Virus record (IMG/VR): IMGVR_UViG_3300021335_000006
Coordinates: 62,001 to 126,000 of that record
Strand: one strand, 5' to 3'
Length of the DNA stretch: 64,000 nt
From: an uncultured virus (IMG/VR IMGVR_UViG_3300021335_000006)
Taxonomy: Duplodnaviria; Heunggongvirae; Uroviricota; Caudoviricetes
The notes beneath the pieces are model-generated. The model was not told the DNA's origin. It searched no databases and saw only the letters and a list, made by a program, of their open reading frames with translations. The position numbers were made by a program, and so were the translations under genes. Shown here one piece after another: positions 56,110 through 64,000 of the stretch (positions within the stretch are counted from its first letter, which is position 1; the number at the start of each line of letters is the position of its first letter).

Positions 56110-57147
56110 ATGAATCATGTCGATTTAAAGTACGCCAACATTTTATCATCTCGTCTTGAACTTTTCAAGATCAAACAGAATAGTCCCTATCGAGCGAACT
56201 TTCGCTGTCCTATCTGTGGGGATTCTCAAAAGTCAAAGCACAAGGCTCGTGGCTGGATCTTAGAAAAAGACAATTCAGCTATCTTCTATTGTCACAACTG
56301 TGGCGCATCTCATAATTTGCGTAACTTCCTAAGAGCGGTTGATCATAATCTTTTCAATGATTATGTTATCGATACTGTAGCAGAAAAGTATGAGTCTCCA
56401 AAGCGACTCTACAAGCCGAACGCAAAGCCTCTAGATAAACTAAAACACAAGCGTCCAGCATTTACGAAGAAAGACTCTCCGCTTAGGGGAATCAAAAAAG
56501 TCTCTTCTCTTCCGCATAATCATATGTGTCGTAAGTATATTGAAGAGAGAAAGATTCCTACGAATCAACAATGGCGAATGTACTATGCTCCTAATTTTAA
56601 TTCGTGGGTCAACACTCTGATTCCCAACAAACTTCCAGAGTTAGAAAACGATAGTCCTAGACTCGTGATGCCCTTCATCAATAGAAGAGGAGAAGTTTTT
56701 GGATTTAACGCAAGAGCATTTAATCCATATGAACTACGCTATATAACTATCATGCTAGACGAAGATTCGTCTAAGATTTTTGGCCTTGATGTAGTCGATA
56801 CCACCAAAAAATATTACGTAGCGGAGGGTCCGCTAGACAGCATGTTTATAAGTAATTGTATGGCTATGGCAGGAGCAGATGGAAATGCTTCGGGACTACC
56901 AAATCCAGAAAACGCTGTCTTTATCTTTGACAATGAACCAAGGAATAAAGAGATCGTTTCTAGAATGGAGAAGTGTATTGCATCCGGATATAAATTGTGC
57001 ATCTGGCCAGATAGAGTCGTTGACAAAGACATTAATGATATGATATTATCAGGACTAACAATTCGTGAAGTTCAAGATATTATAAATTCTAATACATATC
57101 ATGGTCTTGAAGGCAAGCTGAAGATAAGTTTCTGGAGAAAGTGTTAA
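56110..57147 (+). CDS. gp61: DNA primase
   Basis: NFRCPICGDS...CHNCG zinc finger, EGPLDSMF, FDNEPRN and KDINDM TOPRIM motifs. Confidence 0.96.
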   Translation: MNHVDLKYANILSSRLELFKIKQNSPYRANFRCPICGDSQKSKHKARGWILEKDNSAIFYCHNCGASHNLRNFLRAVDHNLFNDYVIDTVAEKYESPKRLYKPNAKPLDKLKHKRPAFTKKDSPLRGIKKVSSLPHNHMCRKYIEERKIPTNQQWRMYYAPNFNSWVNTLIPNKLPELENDSPRLVMPFINRRGEVFGFNARAFNPYELRYITIMLDEDSSKIFGLDVVDTTKKYYVAEGPLDSMFISNCMAMAGADGNASGLPNPENAVFIFDNEPRNKEIVSRMEKCIASGYKLCIWPDRVVDKDINDMILSGLTIREVQDIINSNTYHGLEGKLKISFWRKC

Positions 57148-57587
57148 TGAAATTAGGCCCCGAAGATCAAATTGTCGCTGAGTTTTCGCAAAAATTCGAA
57201 TACATTAGCGACCGGAATCATTATGACCAACGTGATGCTTGGTATATCATGGAATCAAAAGACGGCAAGTTTTATGGAGACTGTGAGGATTATGCTTTAA
57301 CTCTGCTGTATCTACTGTGCAATCGATCTCTCTTTAGATTCTGGTTTTACTTGTTCACTCGGAGAGCGAAGTTACAGTACTGCAAGACAAAGCGTGACGT
57401 AGGTCACGGAGTTCTTGTTTACAAATCAAAATACGTAGACAACATCCAAAAAAAGTTCGTTACTAAGAAAGATATGATAGACGCTGGATATCGATTTGAG
57501 ACTAATCAATTCTCAGCTACTACTGTAGCAATTCGAATGGGAATCGGGTTCTTGATCCGGCTTTTCAAAGACATGTATTCGTACTAG
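57141..57587 (+). CDS. Transglutaminase-like cysteine peptidase (BTLCP-like)
   Basis: GDCEDYA...GHGVL...YVDN Cys-His-Asp pattern. Confidence 0.7.
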   Translation: MLMKLGPEDQIVAEFSQKFEYISDRNHYDQRDAWYIMESKDGKFYGDCEDYALTLLYLLCNRSLFRFWFYLFTRRAKLQYCKTKRDVGHGVLVYKSKYVDNIQKKFVTKKDMIDAGYRFETNQFSATTVAIRMGIGFLIRLFKDMYSY

Positions 57588-57680
57588 TATCTTAGAATGA
57601 ACTCAATTTTTTTACAATTTAATTAAGGTGCTTCCCTGCATAGGGTTAGTAGCCGTTGAATTTAACAATAAGGAACCCAT

Positions 57681-59669
57681 ATGAAAATTAAGATCGATAA
57701 GTCCAAAGATGATCTATTAGCAGATTATGCTATTAACATGCTTAAGGATTTTTATCTTAATAGTTACGAATCATCCCCACAAGAAGGATACGCTAGAGCC
57801 GCTAAAGCATGGTCAGTATACAGAGAAACAATTGATGAAGATCTAGCCCAAAGGTTATACGACTATGTTTCAAAAAAATGGTTTATGTTTGCATCTCCAG
57901 TTCTTAGCAATGCGCCTAATGGACACGGTAAAGGAAAGGGAATGCCTATCTCATGCTTCCTCACATACGTTCCGGACACTCTTGAAGGTCTTATTGATCA
58001 TACTTCTGAACTGCGCTGGCTTAGTGTTTATGGCGGTGGCGTCGGTGGTCACTGGTCTGATGTACGGACAGTCTCTGACATTGCTCCAGGCCCTATCCCA
58101 TTTCTCCACACTGTAGACGCAGATATGATTGCTTACCGTCAAGGTAAGACTAGAAAAGGCTCTTATGCCGCTTATATGGATGTCTCACATCCGGATATCG
58201 TAGAGTTTCTAAACATTCGAATTCCTACGGGTGATGTACAACGCAAGGCATTGAATTTACATAATGCAATCAACATCACTGATGAGTTTATGAATTGCGT
58301 AAAGCATGGCGATTTCTTTGACTTAAGAGATCCTAAAGATGGAACAGTCAAAGACTCAGTTGATGCACGTAAACTATGGGAAAGAATTTTGGAGGTAAGA
58401 TTCAGAACTGGTGAACCTTACTTAAACTTTATCGATACAGCAAACAAGCATTTACCAGAGCCTCTGAAAGAGAAAGGATTAAAGATTCATGGCTCTAATC
58501 TTTGCAATGAGATTCATCTCCCAACATCAGATGAACGTACTGCTGTTTGTTGCTTATCATCTTTAAACTTGGAGTACTATGATGAGTGGAAAGACACAAG
58601 TATTGTACGGGATCTTGTTCGCATGTTGGATAACGTGCTTGAGTATTTCATTGATAATGCACCTGATACTATATCTCGTGCTAAGTATAGTGCCATGCGT
58701 GAACGTAGCATTGGATTGGGGGCAATGGGCTTTCACTCGTTGCTACAAAAGCATGGAGTCGCTTGGGAGTCAGATAAGGCTCGTGAGATAAATGATGTAG
58801 TCTTCTCGCATATTCAGCGAGAAGCAAATGCGGAAACTGAGTGGCTTGCTGTTGAAAGAGGTGAGTATCTTGATGGCGAAGGAAGCGGAAAGCGAAACGC
58901 ACATTTAATCGCAATCGCTCCTAATGCGTCATCTGGAGTGATTTTATCAACGAGTCCTAGCATCGAGCCAATGAAGGCAAATGCTTACACTCATAGAACC
59001 CGAGCAGGGAGTTTTCTAGTTAAAAATCGCTACTTGGAACAATTGCTTGCTGAACGGGAAATGAACAACGAGTCCACCTGGTCATCAATCATCACTAATA
59101 AAGGATCTGTTCAGCATCTTCCATTCTTAACTGAAGGAGAGAAGGCTGTCTTTAAGACGGCACAAGAACTTGATCAGACTTGGGTTGTACAGCACGCCGC
59201 AGACAGACAAAAGTATATCTGTCAAGGTCAGTCTGTCAATTTATTCTTCCCGTCCGGAGTGGCCAGAGGCTATGTGAACAAAGTTCATTTAAAAGCTTGG
59301 CAAGAAGGACTGAAGGGCTTATACTATTTGAGAACGGAAGCTAAATCTCGTGCTGAGACTGTCGCTGACAAAGTGGAGCGAGTTGCTTTACAGGACGATA
59401 ATAGAACTATTATCTACGGTAAGAGTAATTGTCCATTCTGTGAACTTGCAAAGCAAGAGTTGACACTGCAGGGAATCCCATTCGATTACATTGATTTGAA
59501 AGAGATTGGAAAAACTGCAGCAGAGGTCACTGGAAGGAAGGTGAATAGTGTACCTCAAATTTACATTAATGGAAAATACGTTGGCGGTTATGATCAGTTA
59601 ATTGCTTACTTAAATTCTAACACAGTAGCAGCTCAACAAGGCGAAGAATGCCGAGCTTGTGAAGGCTAA
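57681..59669 (+). CDS. nrdA: Class Ia ribonucleotide reductase alpha subunit with fused glutaredoxin
   Basis: PISCF, SNLCNEI, IAPNASS, CQGQSVN, LYYLR; then YGKSNCPFC..VPQIYING..GGY; ends ECRACEG. Confidence 0.95.
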   Translation: MKIKIDKSKDDLLADYAINMLKDFYLNSYESSPQEGYARAAKAWSVYRETIDEDLAQRLYDYVSKKWFMFASPVLSNAPNGHGKGKGMPISCFLTYVPDTLEGLIDHTSELRWLSVYGGGVGGHWSDVRTVSDIAPGPIPFLHTVDADMIAYRQGKTRKGSYAAYMDVSHPDIVEFLNIRIPTGDVQRKALNLHNAINITDEFMNCVKHGDFFDLRDPKDGTVKDSVDARKLWERILEVRFRTGEPYLNFIDTANKHLPEPLKEKGLKIHGSNLCNEIHLPTSDERTAVCCLSSLNLEYYDEWKDTSIVRDLVRMLDNVLEYFIDNAPDTISRAKYSAMRERSIGLGAMGFHSLLQKHGVAWESDKAREINDVVFSHIQREANAETEWLAVERGEYLDGEGSGKRNAHLIAIAPNASSGVILSTSPSIEPMKANAYTHRTRAGSFLVKNRYLEQLLAEREMNNESTWSSIITNKGSVQHLPFLTEGEKAVFKTAQELDQTWVVQHAADRQKYICQGQSVNLFFPSGVARGYVNKVHLKAWQEGLKGLYYLRTEAKSRAETVADKVERVALQDDNRTIIYGKSNCPFCELAKQELTLQGIPFDYIDLKEIGKTAAEVTGRKVNSVPQIYINGKYVGGYDQLIAYLNSNTVAAQQGEECRACEG

Positions 59670-59687
59670 ATTTTAAAAGGAACAATA

Positions 59688-60695
59688 ATGTCATTACTTA
59701 AATTTTCAGAAGCCTACCGTCCGTTCAAGTATGACTGGGCAGTGGACTTATCGGTAAAGCACGAAGAAATACATTGGGTGGAGTCGGAAGCAGAGCTTTC
59801 AGAAGATGTCCAAGATTGGAAAACAAAACTCTCAGAAGCTGAAAAGGAGTTTATCACTCACGTTTTGAGACTATTCACTCAGTCTGATGTGCAAGTTGGT
59901 GAGAACTATCACGAGCTACTCATCCCTAAATTCAAAAACAATGAAGTGCGGAACATGCTCTCGTCCTTTGCGGCACGAGAGGCGGTCCACCAGCGAGCGT
60001 ATGCGCTTCTTAATGATACGCTTGGATTACCAGACGAAGAATTTCATAAGTTCCTAGAGTATAAGGAAATGGCTGACAAAATCGACTTCATGAAAGAGGG
60101 CGATGTCAATACTCACACTGGACTTGCGCTTGCGCTCGCTCAATCAGTCTTCAACGAAGGAATGTCTGTATTTGCATCATTTGTGATGTTACTCAACTTC
60201 CAGCGCTTCGGAAAGATGAAGGGAATGGGAACAATCGTTGAGTGGTCTATTCGTGATGAGTCGATACACGTACAAGGCAATGCAAAGCTATTTCGTACTT
60301 TTTGCGAAGAGCATCCTCGTATTGTTAACGATGAACTTAAGTCCAAGATTTATCAGATGGCCAAGAATGCCGTACAATTAGAAGATAAGTTTATTGATCT
60401 AGCATTCAAGGGTAATGACGTACAGGGAATGACAAAGAAGGAAGTTCGTGACTACATTCGCCATATCGCTGATCGTCGATTACTTCAGTTGGGTATGAAG
60501 CCTAAATTCAATCAAAAGGATAATCCACTTGATTGGCTTGATTGGGTACTCAATGGCGCATCACATGATAACTTCTTTGAGAAGCGAGTTACAGAGTACT
60601 CTGTTAACGGCATGGAAGGAGATTGGGGTTGGAATGACGTTGATCCATCCGCCGCTCAAGTTTGTGGATTAGATAGCAAGTCATGCGCCGCATAG
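59688..60695 (+). CDS. nrdB: Class Ia ribonucleotide reductase beta subunit
   Basis: FTQSD, EAVHQRAY, EGMS, RDESIH and NFFEKRVTEY motifs. Confidence 0.96.
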   Translation: MSLLKFSEAYRPFKYDWAVDLSVKHEEIHWVESEAELSEDVQDWKTKLSEAEKEFITHVLRLFTQSDVQVGENYHELLIPKFKNNEVRNMLSSFAAREAVHQRAYALLNDTLGLPDEEFHKFLEYKEMADKIDFMKEGDVNTHTGLALALAQSVFNEGMSVFASFVMLLNFQRFGKMKGMGTIVEWSIRDESIHVQGNAKLFRTFCEEHPRIVNDELKSKIYQMAKNAVQLEDKFIDLAFKGNDVQGMTKKEVRDYIRHIADRRLLQLGMKPKFNQKDNPLDWLDWVLNGASHDNFFEKRVTEYSVNGMEGDWGWNDVDPSAAQVCGLDSKSCAA

Positions 60696-60770
60696 TAGAT
60701 AAGTATTGGGTAGAATTTGGGACGCTTATGTTTCTAGTAGACTTGTTACTAGTATGCGGATTTTCAATAT

Positions 60771-61229
60771 ATGGATAAGTGGCAAGCGGCGTATATGGAT
60801 GTTGCTCATCGATTTGCTCAACTATCCACTGCTACCCGACTTAAGGTTGGAGCGATTGCGGTCAAGGACGACCGCATCATTTCAATTGGATATAATGGAA
60901 CGCCTAGCGGCTGGGATAATGAATGCGAAGACTGGGTTCCAAATGAGGGAGTGACTTTTGAAGTTAATCCTGATGATCGAGCCATCTATGGTAGAATGAT
61001 AACAAAAGAAGAGGTAATTCACGCTGAAGCTAATTGCATTGCAAAGTTAGCTAGAAGTACAGAAAGCGGAGAAGGTGCGACTATGTATATTACACACGCT
61101 CCGTGTCTGGGGTGTGCTAAGCAAATATATGGTGCTGGCGTAACTGATGTGTACTACAGAGATGAATATCAATCACTAAGGGGAATTGAGTTCCTTGTAC
61201 AGTGCGGAGTAGGAGTATACCGTATATGA
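60771..61229 (+). CDS. dCMP deaminase
   Basis: GYNGTPSG, HAEAN and PCLGC motifs. Confidence 0.92.
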   Translation: MDKWQAAYMDVAHRFAQLSTATRLKVGAIAVKDDRIISIGYNGTPSGWDNECEDWVPNEGVTFEVNPDDRAIYGRMITKEEVIHAEANCIAKLARSTESGEGATMYITHAPCLGCAKQIYGAGVTDVYYRDEYQSLRGIEFLVQCGVGVYRI

Positions 61230-61372
61230 AAAAAATAGATTTTCTTTGTAGTTTCTGTGGTAACGAATGCACCATCGAAACATTTGGAGTTGATGACGAA
61301 GTGCAGTATTGCCCAATATGCGGCGAGAATCGAGAAGAAGAGCCGGGCGATTTTGATCCCGATTGGGAGTAA
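61226..61372 (+). CDS. Small zinc-ribbon protein (48 aa, not in ORF track)
   Basis: CSFC...YCPICG with an acidic tail; ATGA overlap; AGGAG SD. Confidence 0.7.
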   Translation: MKKIDFLCSFCGNECTIETFGVDDEVQYCPICGENREEEPGDFDPDWE

Positions 61373-61419
61373 ATTTTTCGCATCTATATACTAGACAGTA
61401 TACTAGATAGGCGATTATA

Positions 61420-61845
61420 ATGTGGAATTATGAAGGTCGTGAATTTACAAGCGACATGATAGGAGAGTTTGTTGGATTTGTCTACTGCATTACAGACTCT
61501 AGAAATGGGAAAAAATATATTGGTAAGAAGACATTTAAGTCGAGGAGAACTTTACCGCCGCTAAAGGGAAAGACTAGAAGACGTAAAGTCGTAAAAGAAT
61601 CTGATTGGATGATGTACTATGGATCATCTGAAGAAGTCAAGTCTCTAGTTGAAGAACATGGCGGTGAAGTCTTTAATCGAGAAATCCTTCATTTATGTAA
61701 TTCCAAGGGGGAGATGTCTTACTTAGAGTTAAAAGAACAGATTGAGCGAGAAGTGTTATTGTCAGATGAGTATTTCAACGGCATCATAAACTGCAAAATT
61801 CACCGATCTCACGTTCAGTCTTTAGTTGGGAGAGGAAAGAGATGA
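61420..61845 (+). CDS. GIY-YIG family nuclease
   Basis: GFVY...KKYIGKK...YYGSS...FNREIL. Confidence 0.8.
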   Translation: MWNYEGREFTSDMIGEFVGFVYCITDSRNGKKYIGKKTFKSRRTLPPLKGKTRRRKVVKESDWMMYYGSSEEVKSLVEEHGGEVFNREILHLCNSKGEMSYLELKEQIEREVLLSDEYFNGIINCKIHRSHVQSLVGRGKR

Positions 61846-61964
61846 TTATAGATGTAAATGTGAAGTTTGACACAGAAAATGAAAAAGACGAAGAAGTTTT
61901 AGAAAAAATTGTAGGGGTGTTAGAGTTAATTAAAGAGAAACTTGAGCGAGAGGGTGATAAGTGA
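61842..61964 (+). CDS. Small hypothetical protein (40 aa, not in ORF track)
   Basis: MIIDVNVKFDTENEKDEE...; overlaps both neighbours. Confidence 0.55.
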   Translation: MIIDVNVKFDTENEKDEEVLEKIVGVLELIKEKLEREGDK

Positions 61965-62302
61965 AATACATTGATTACGAAATTGAAGATGATCGAATGA
62001 TCAGCCTAACCGAACAAATCAAACAATGGCACTACGATAGAAATTTAATCCTAGGTTCTACTGACAAGGATCAAGTATGTAAATTGATCCAAGAAGTAGG
62101 CGAGCTTAGCGACAATGTATGCAAAGGTCGTGATGTCTCAGACGACATTGGAGATTGCATCGTTGTGCTGATAAATATTGCAGAGCGAAATGGTCTATCG
62201 TTATCAGACTGTTTAGAGCAAGCATACAATGATATCAAACATCGTACAGGCCGTATGATCAATGGAGTCTTCGTAAAAGAAGGCGATATTATGGAGGAGT
62301 AA
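61961..62302 (+). CDS. MazG-like nucleotide pyrophosphohydrolase
   Basis: KLIQEVGEL...DDIGDC...AYNDIKHRTGRMINGVFVKE. Confidence 0.88.
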   Translation: MKYIDYEIEDDRMISLTEQIKQWHYDRNLILGSTDKDQVCKLIQEVGELSDNVCKGRDVSDDIGDCIVVLINIAERNGLSLSDCLEQAYNDIKHRTGRMINGVFVKEGDIMEE

Positions 62303-62303
62303 A

Positions 62304-62600
62304 ATGAGCTATAAAAAGAATGAAGTTGTAACAGTGATCTCAGTTGCTGGAGAGTATGTGGGTAAATTTCTTAAAAAGGATGATGCTACATTTATCCTTT
62401 CCGATCCCAAGATGCTCGTTCAGGGCGAAAATGGCGTTGGCTTTGCAAACGGAATTTGTGTTACGGGAGAGGAAAATCCCAAGTCAATGACTTTCTATAC
62501 TGGTGGTATTGTCTTTGTAACAAAGACTAGTCAGCCTGTAGAATCTGCTTATTATCAAGCAAGTTCTGGGTTGATCGTAGGGGAAGGAGTCAGTGCGTAG
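62304..62600 (+). CDS. Conserved hypothetical protein, possible Sm-like fold
   Basis: GEYVGKF...P..L...SGLIV; GGAGG SD. Confidence 0.7.
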   Translation: MSYKKNEVVTVISVAGEYVGKFLKKDDATFILSDPKMLVQGENGVGFANGICVTGEENPKSMTFYTGGIVFVTKTSQPVESAYYQASSGLIVGEGVSA

Positions 62601-62883
62601 CTTAACGATATCAAGACGAATCAAAAATATTTTGATTGGATTTGATCAATTCGTTTGGGTGTTGATTACATTCGGTGCTGTATATCCAGATGAAACTATT
62701 TCGTCTGCGACATACAGATACGAAAAAGAGGGACACTGGGTTGCTAAAATCGCACGTCCCGTAATCGACGCTTTGTTTTATTTGATCATAAGACAAAAGC
62801 AACATTGCAGACGTGCGTACTTGGCTGAAGTTTTTAGACGACAAATATTTGAGGGTCAACGTAAAGATGGCGGGGAAAGGTAG
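62593..62883 (+). CDS. Hypothetical phage protein
   Basis: FDQ...PDETISS...IDALF...HCRRAY motif. Confidence 0.7.
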   Translation: MRSLTISRRIKNILIGFDQFVWVLITFGAVYPDETISSATYRYEKEGHWVAKIARPVIDALFYLIIRQKQHCRRAYLAEVFRRQIFEGQRKDGGER

Positions 62884-63247
62884 CAAGCAACGCCCGATTC
62901 AAGATCGAGCAAAATGGGAAGAGAACTATCATAAAATCTTTGGATACAAAGGAAAAGATCGCTGTCAAGAGTGCGGCGAAGTTGATGGTTTTCATACAGT
63001 GAATTGTAATGTCAGTCCTAAAGACTATCGAACAGTCCAACAGGATATGACTGAACTCAATTCAGATGGAAATCGGACTCGTGGGAGAAACGGGGAAGAT
63101 CTTGACCCATATGAAATGGAGAATCCACTAGAAGGGACAGTAAGCCCCTTCTGGAATCATAATTGCAATTTAAATGGATACATTGCTGTTGAGTCCGGTC
63201 ATGCTTGTAACTGGTGTGGAATGCAAGAAGACGGAACTTATGATTGA
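62867..63247 (+). CDS. Hypothetical protein with Cys/His motifs
   Basis: Likely start MAGKGSKQRP; CQECG..H..C and CNWCG. Confidence 0.55.
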   Translation: MAGKGSKQRPIQDRAKWEENYHKIFGYKGKDRCQECGEVDGFHTVNCNVSPKDYRTVQQDMTELNSDGNRTRGRNGEDLDPYEMENPLEGTVSPFWNHNCNLNGYIAVESGHACNWCGMQEDGTYD

Positions 63248-63327
63248 TCCAGTATTCGTTTCATGCTGGCTTCTCTTAGAAGACAAAGACTAAATAATAT
63301 TGCATATACAAAAATAAGGTTAAAATT

Positions 63328-63792
63328 ATGCTATCATTATTAGGTACATTAGTTGGATTTGCTGGCTCAGCCGTTCCTGCTGTTCTTGGACATTTTGCTG
63401 ACAAAGAGAATAACAAGAAAGAACTCGAAATGATGAAAATGCAGTCGGAGTTGATGAGACAAAATGCTGATATCGACATGACTAAATTTCAACTTCGATC
63501 AGTGGACGATGAACACGCAAGACTCATACAGCATGATATTGCAATGCAAGAAGACAATGGTCCGCTCGCTTGGCTTAGGAAGTCAGTCCGTCCTGTAATC
63601 ACATATCTCTTTTTTGGGTTGTTTGCATCAGTCAAAATCGCTACTCTCATGCATGGTATGGATAGTGGTCAAGACTTTTATGCGGCGATCACAATTGTTT
63701 GGGATGAGGAAACACAAGCAATTTTTGCTGCGATTATCTCATTTTGGTTTGGTTCTAGAGCAATGAGTAGACAATCAAACGTAAAAACTTGA
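63328..63792 (+). CDS. Putative 3TM holin-like membrane protein
   Basis: LRKSVRPVITY...IISFWFGSR with hydrophobic segments. Confidence 0.65.
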   Translation: MLSLLGTLVGFAGSAVPAVLGHFADKENNKKELEMMKMQSELMRQNADIDMTKFQLRSVDDEHARLIQHDIAMQEDNGPLAWLRKSVRPVITYLFFGLFASVKIATLMHGMDSGQDFYAAITIVWDEETQAIFAAIISFWFGSRAMSRQSNVKT

Positions 63793-63817
63793 CACATTCG
63801 CTTTAATGTGATAGAGT
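63789..63817 (+). promoter_or_regulatory. Sigma70-type promoter
   Basis: TTGACA-N17-TAGAGT. Confidence 0.55.
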
Positions 63818-63824
63818 ATGACTC

Positions 63825-64000
63825 ATGATTACAATATATGGAACAGATGGATGCCTCGCCTGCTTGAAAGCTAAGCAGTGTGCTGAGATTTTTGAACTTG
63901 AGCATGAGTACATTAGTCTCGCTCGGGCTGACATCGAAACTAAGAAAAAGTTTTATCAAATCGATACTCACTTTGGTATGGTCCCCCAAATAGTATGGGG
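63825..64000 (+). CDS. Glutaredoxin (3' partial, not in ORF track)
   Basis: MITIYGTDGCLACLKAK...VPQIVW. Confidence 0.8.
   Translation, partial: MITIYGTDGCLACLKAKQCAEIFELEHEYISLARADIETKKKFYQIDTHFGMVPQIVW

Noticed and set aside
57627..57654. Stem-loop or NrdR box upstream of nrdA
   Set aside because: Only a small CCCT/AGGG hairpin with no convincing NrdR-box match.

Overview
This 64 kb window is a segment of a large T4-like myophage genome, probably from a marine or aquatic phage with a proteobacterial host. Every credible protein gene is on the + strand. The order is: tail sheath and tube, portal, a ~9.6 kb fibre/appendage insertion, prohead core, protease, scaffold and major capsid, gp3, uvsY, uvsW, gp55, gp47, gp46, a three-gene DNA-modification cassette, gp45, an early-gene island, a giant gp45 paralogue, gp44, gp62, regA, hsp20, gp43, uvsX, gp41, a late block of candidate head-packaged proteins with a GH19 lysin, primase, nrdA (glutaredoxin-fused), nrdB, dCMP deaminase, MazG, a holin-like gene and glutaredoxin. 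Five observations stand out. (1) A C5-cytosine methyltransferase has Arg in place of the motif-X Asn and is coupled to a CmoA-like carboxy-SAM synthase and a nuclease-like ORF, which predicts 5-carboxymethylcytosine DNA. (2) A 563-aa acidic second sliding-clamp homologue carries three large insertions and sits behind a late-type promoter. (3) A ~160-nt structured minus-strand RNA has its own late promoter and terminator. (4) Modular late proteins are joined by protease-site-like linkers encoded by identical 17-18 bp repeats. (5) A ROSE-like RNA thermometer precedes hsp20. All calls come from reading motifs by eye; no database search or folding program was run.
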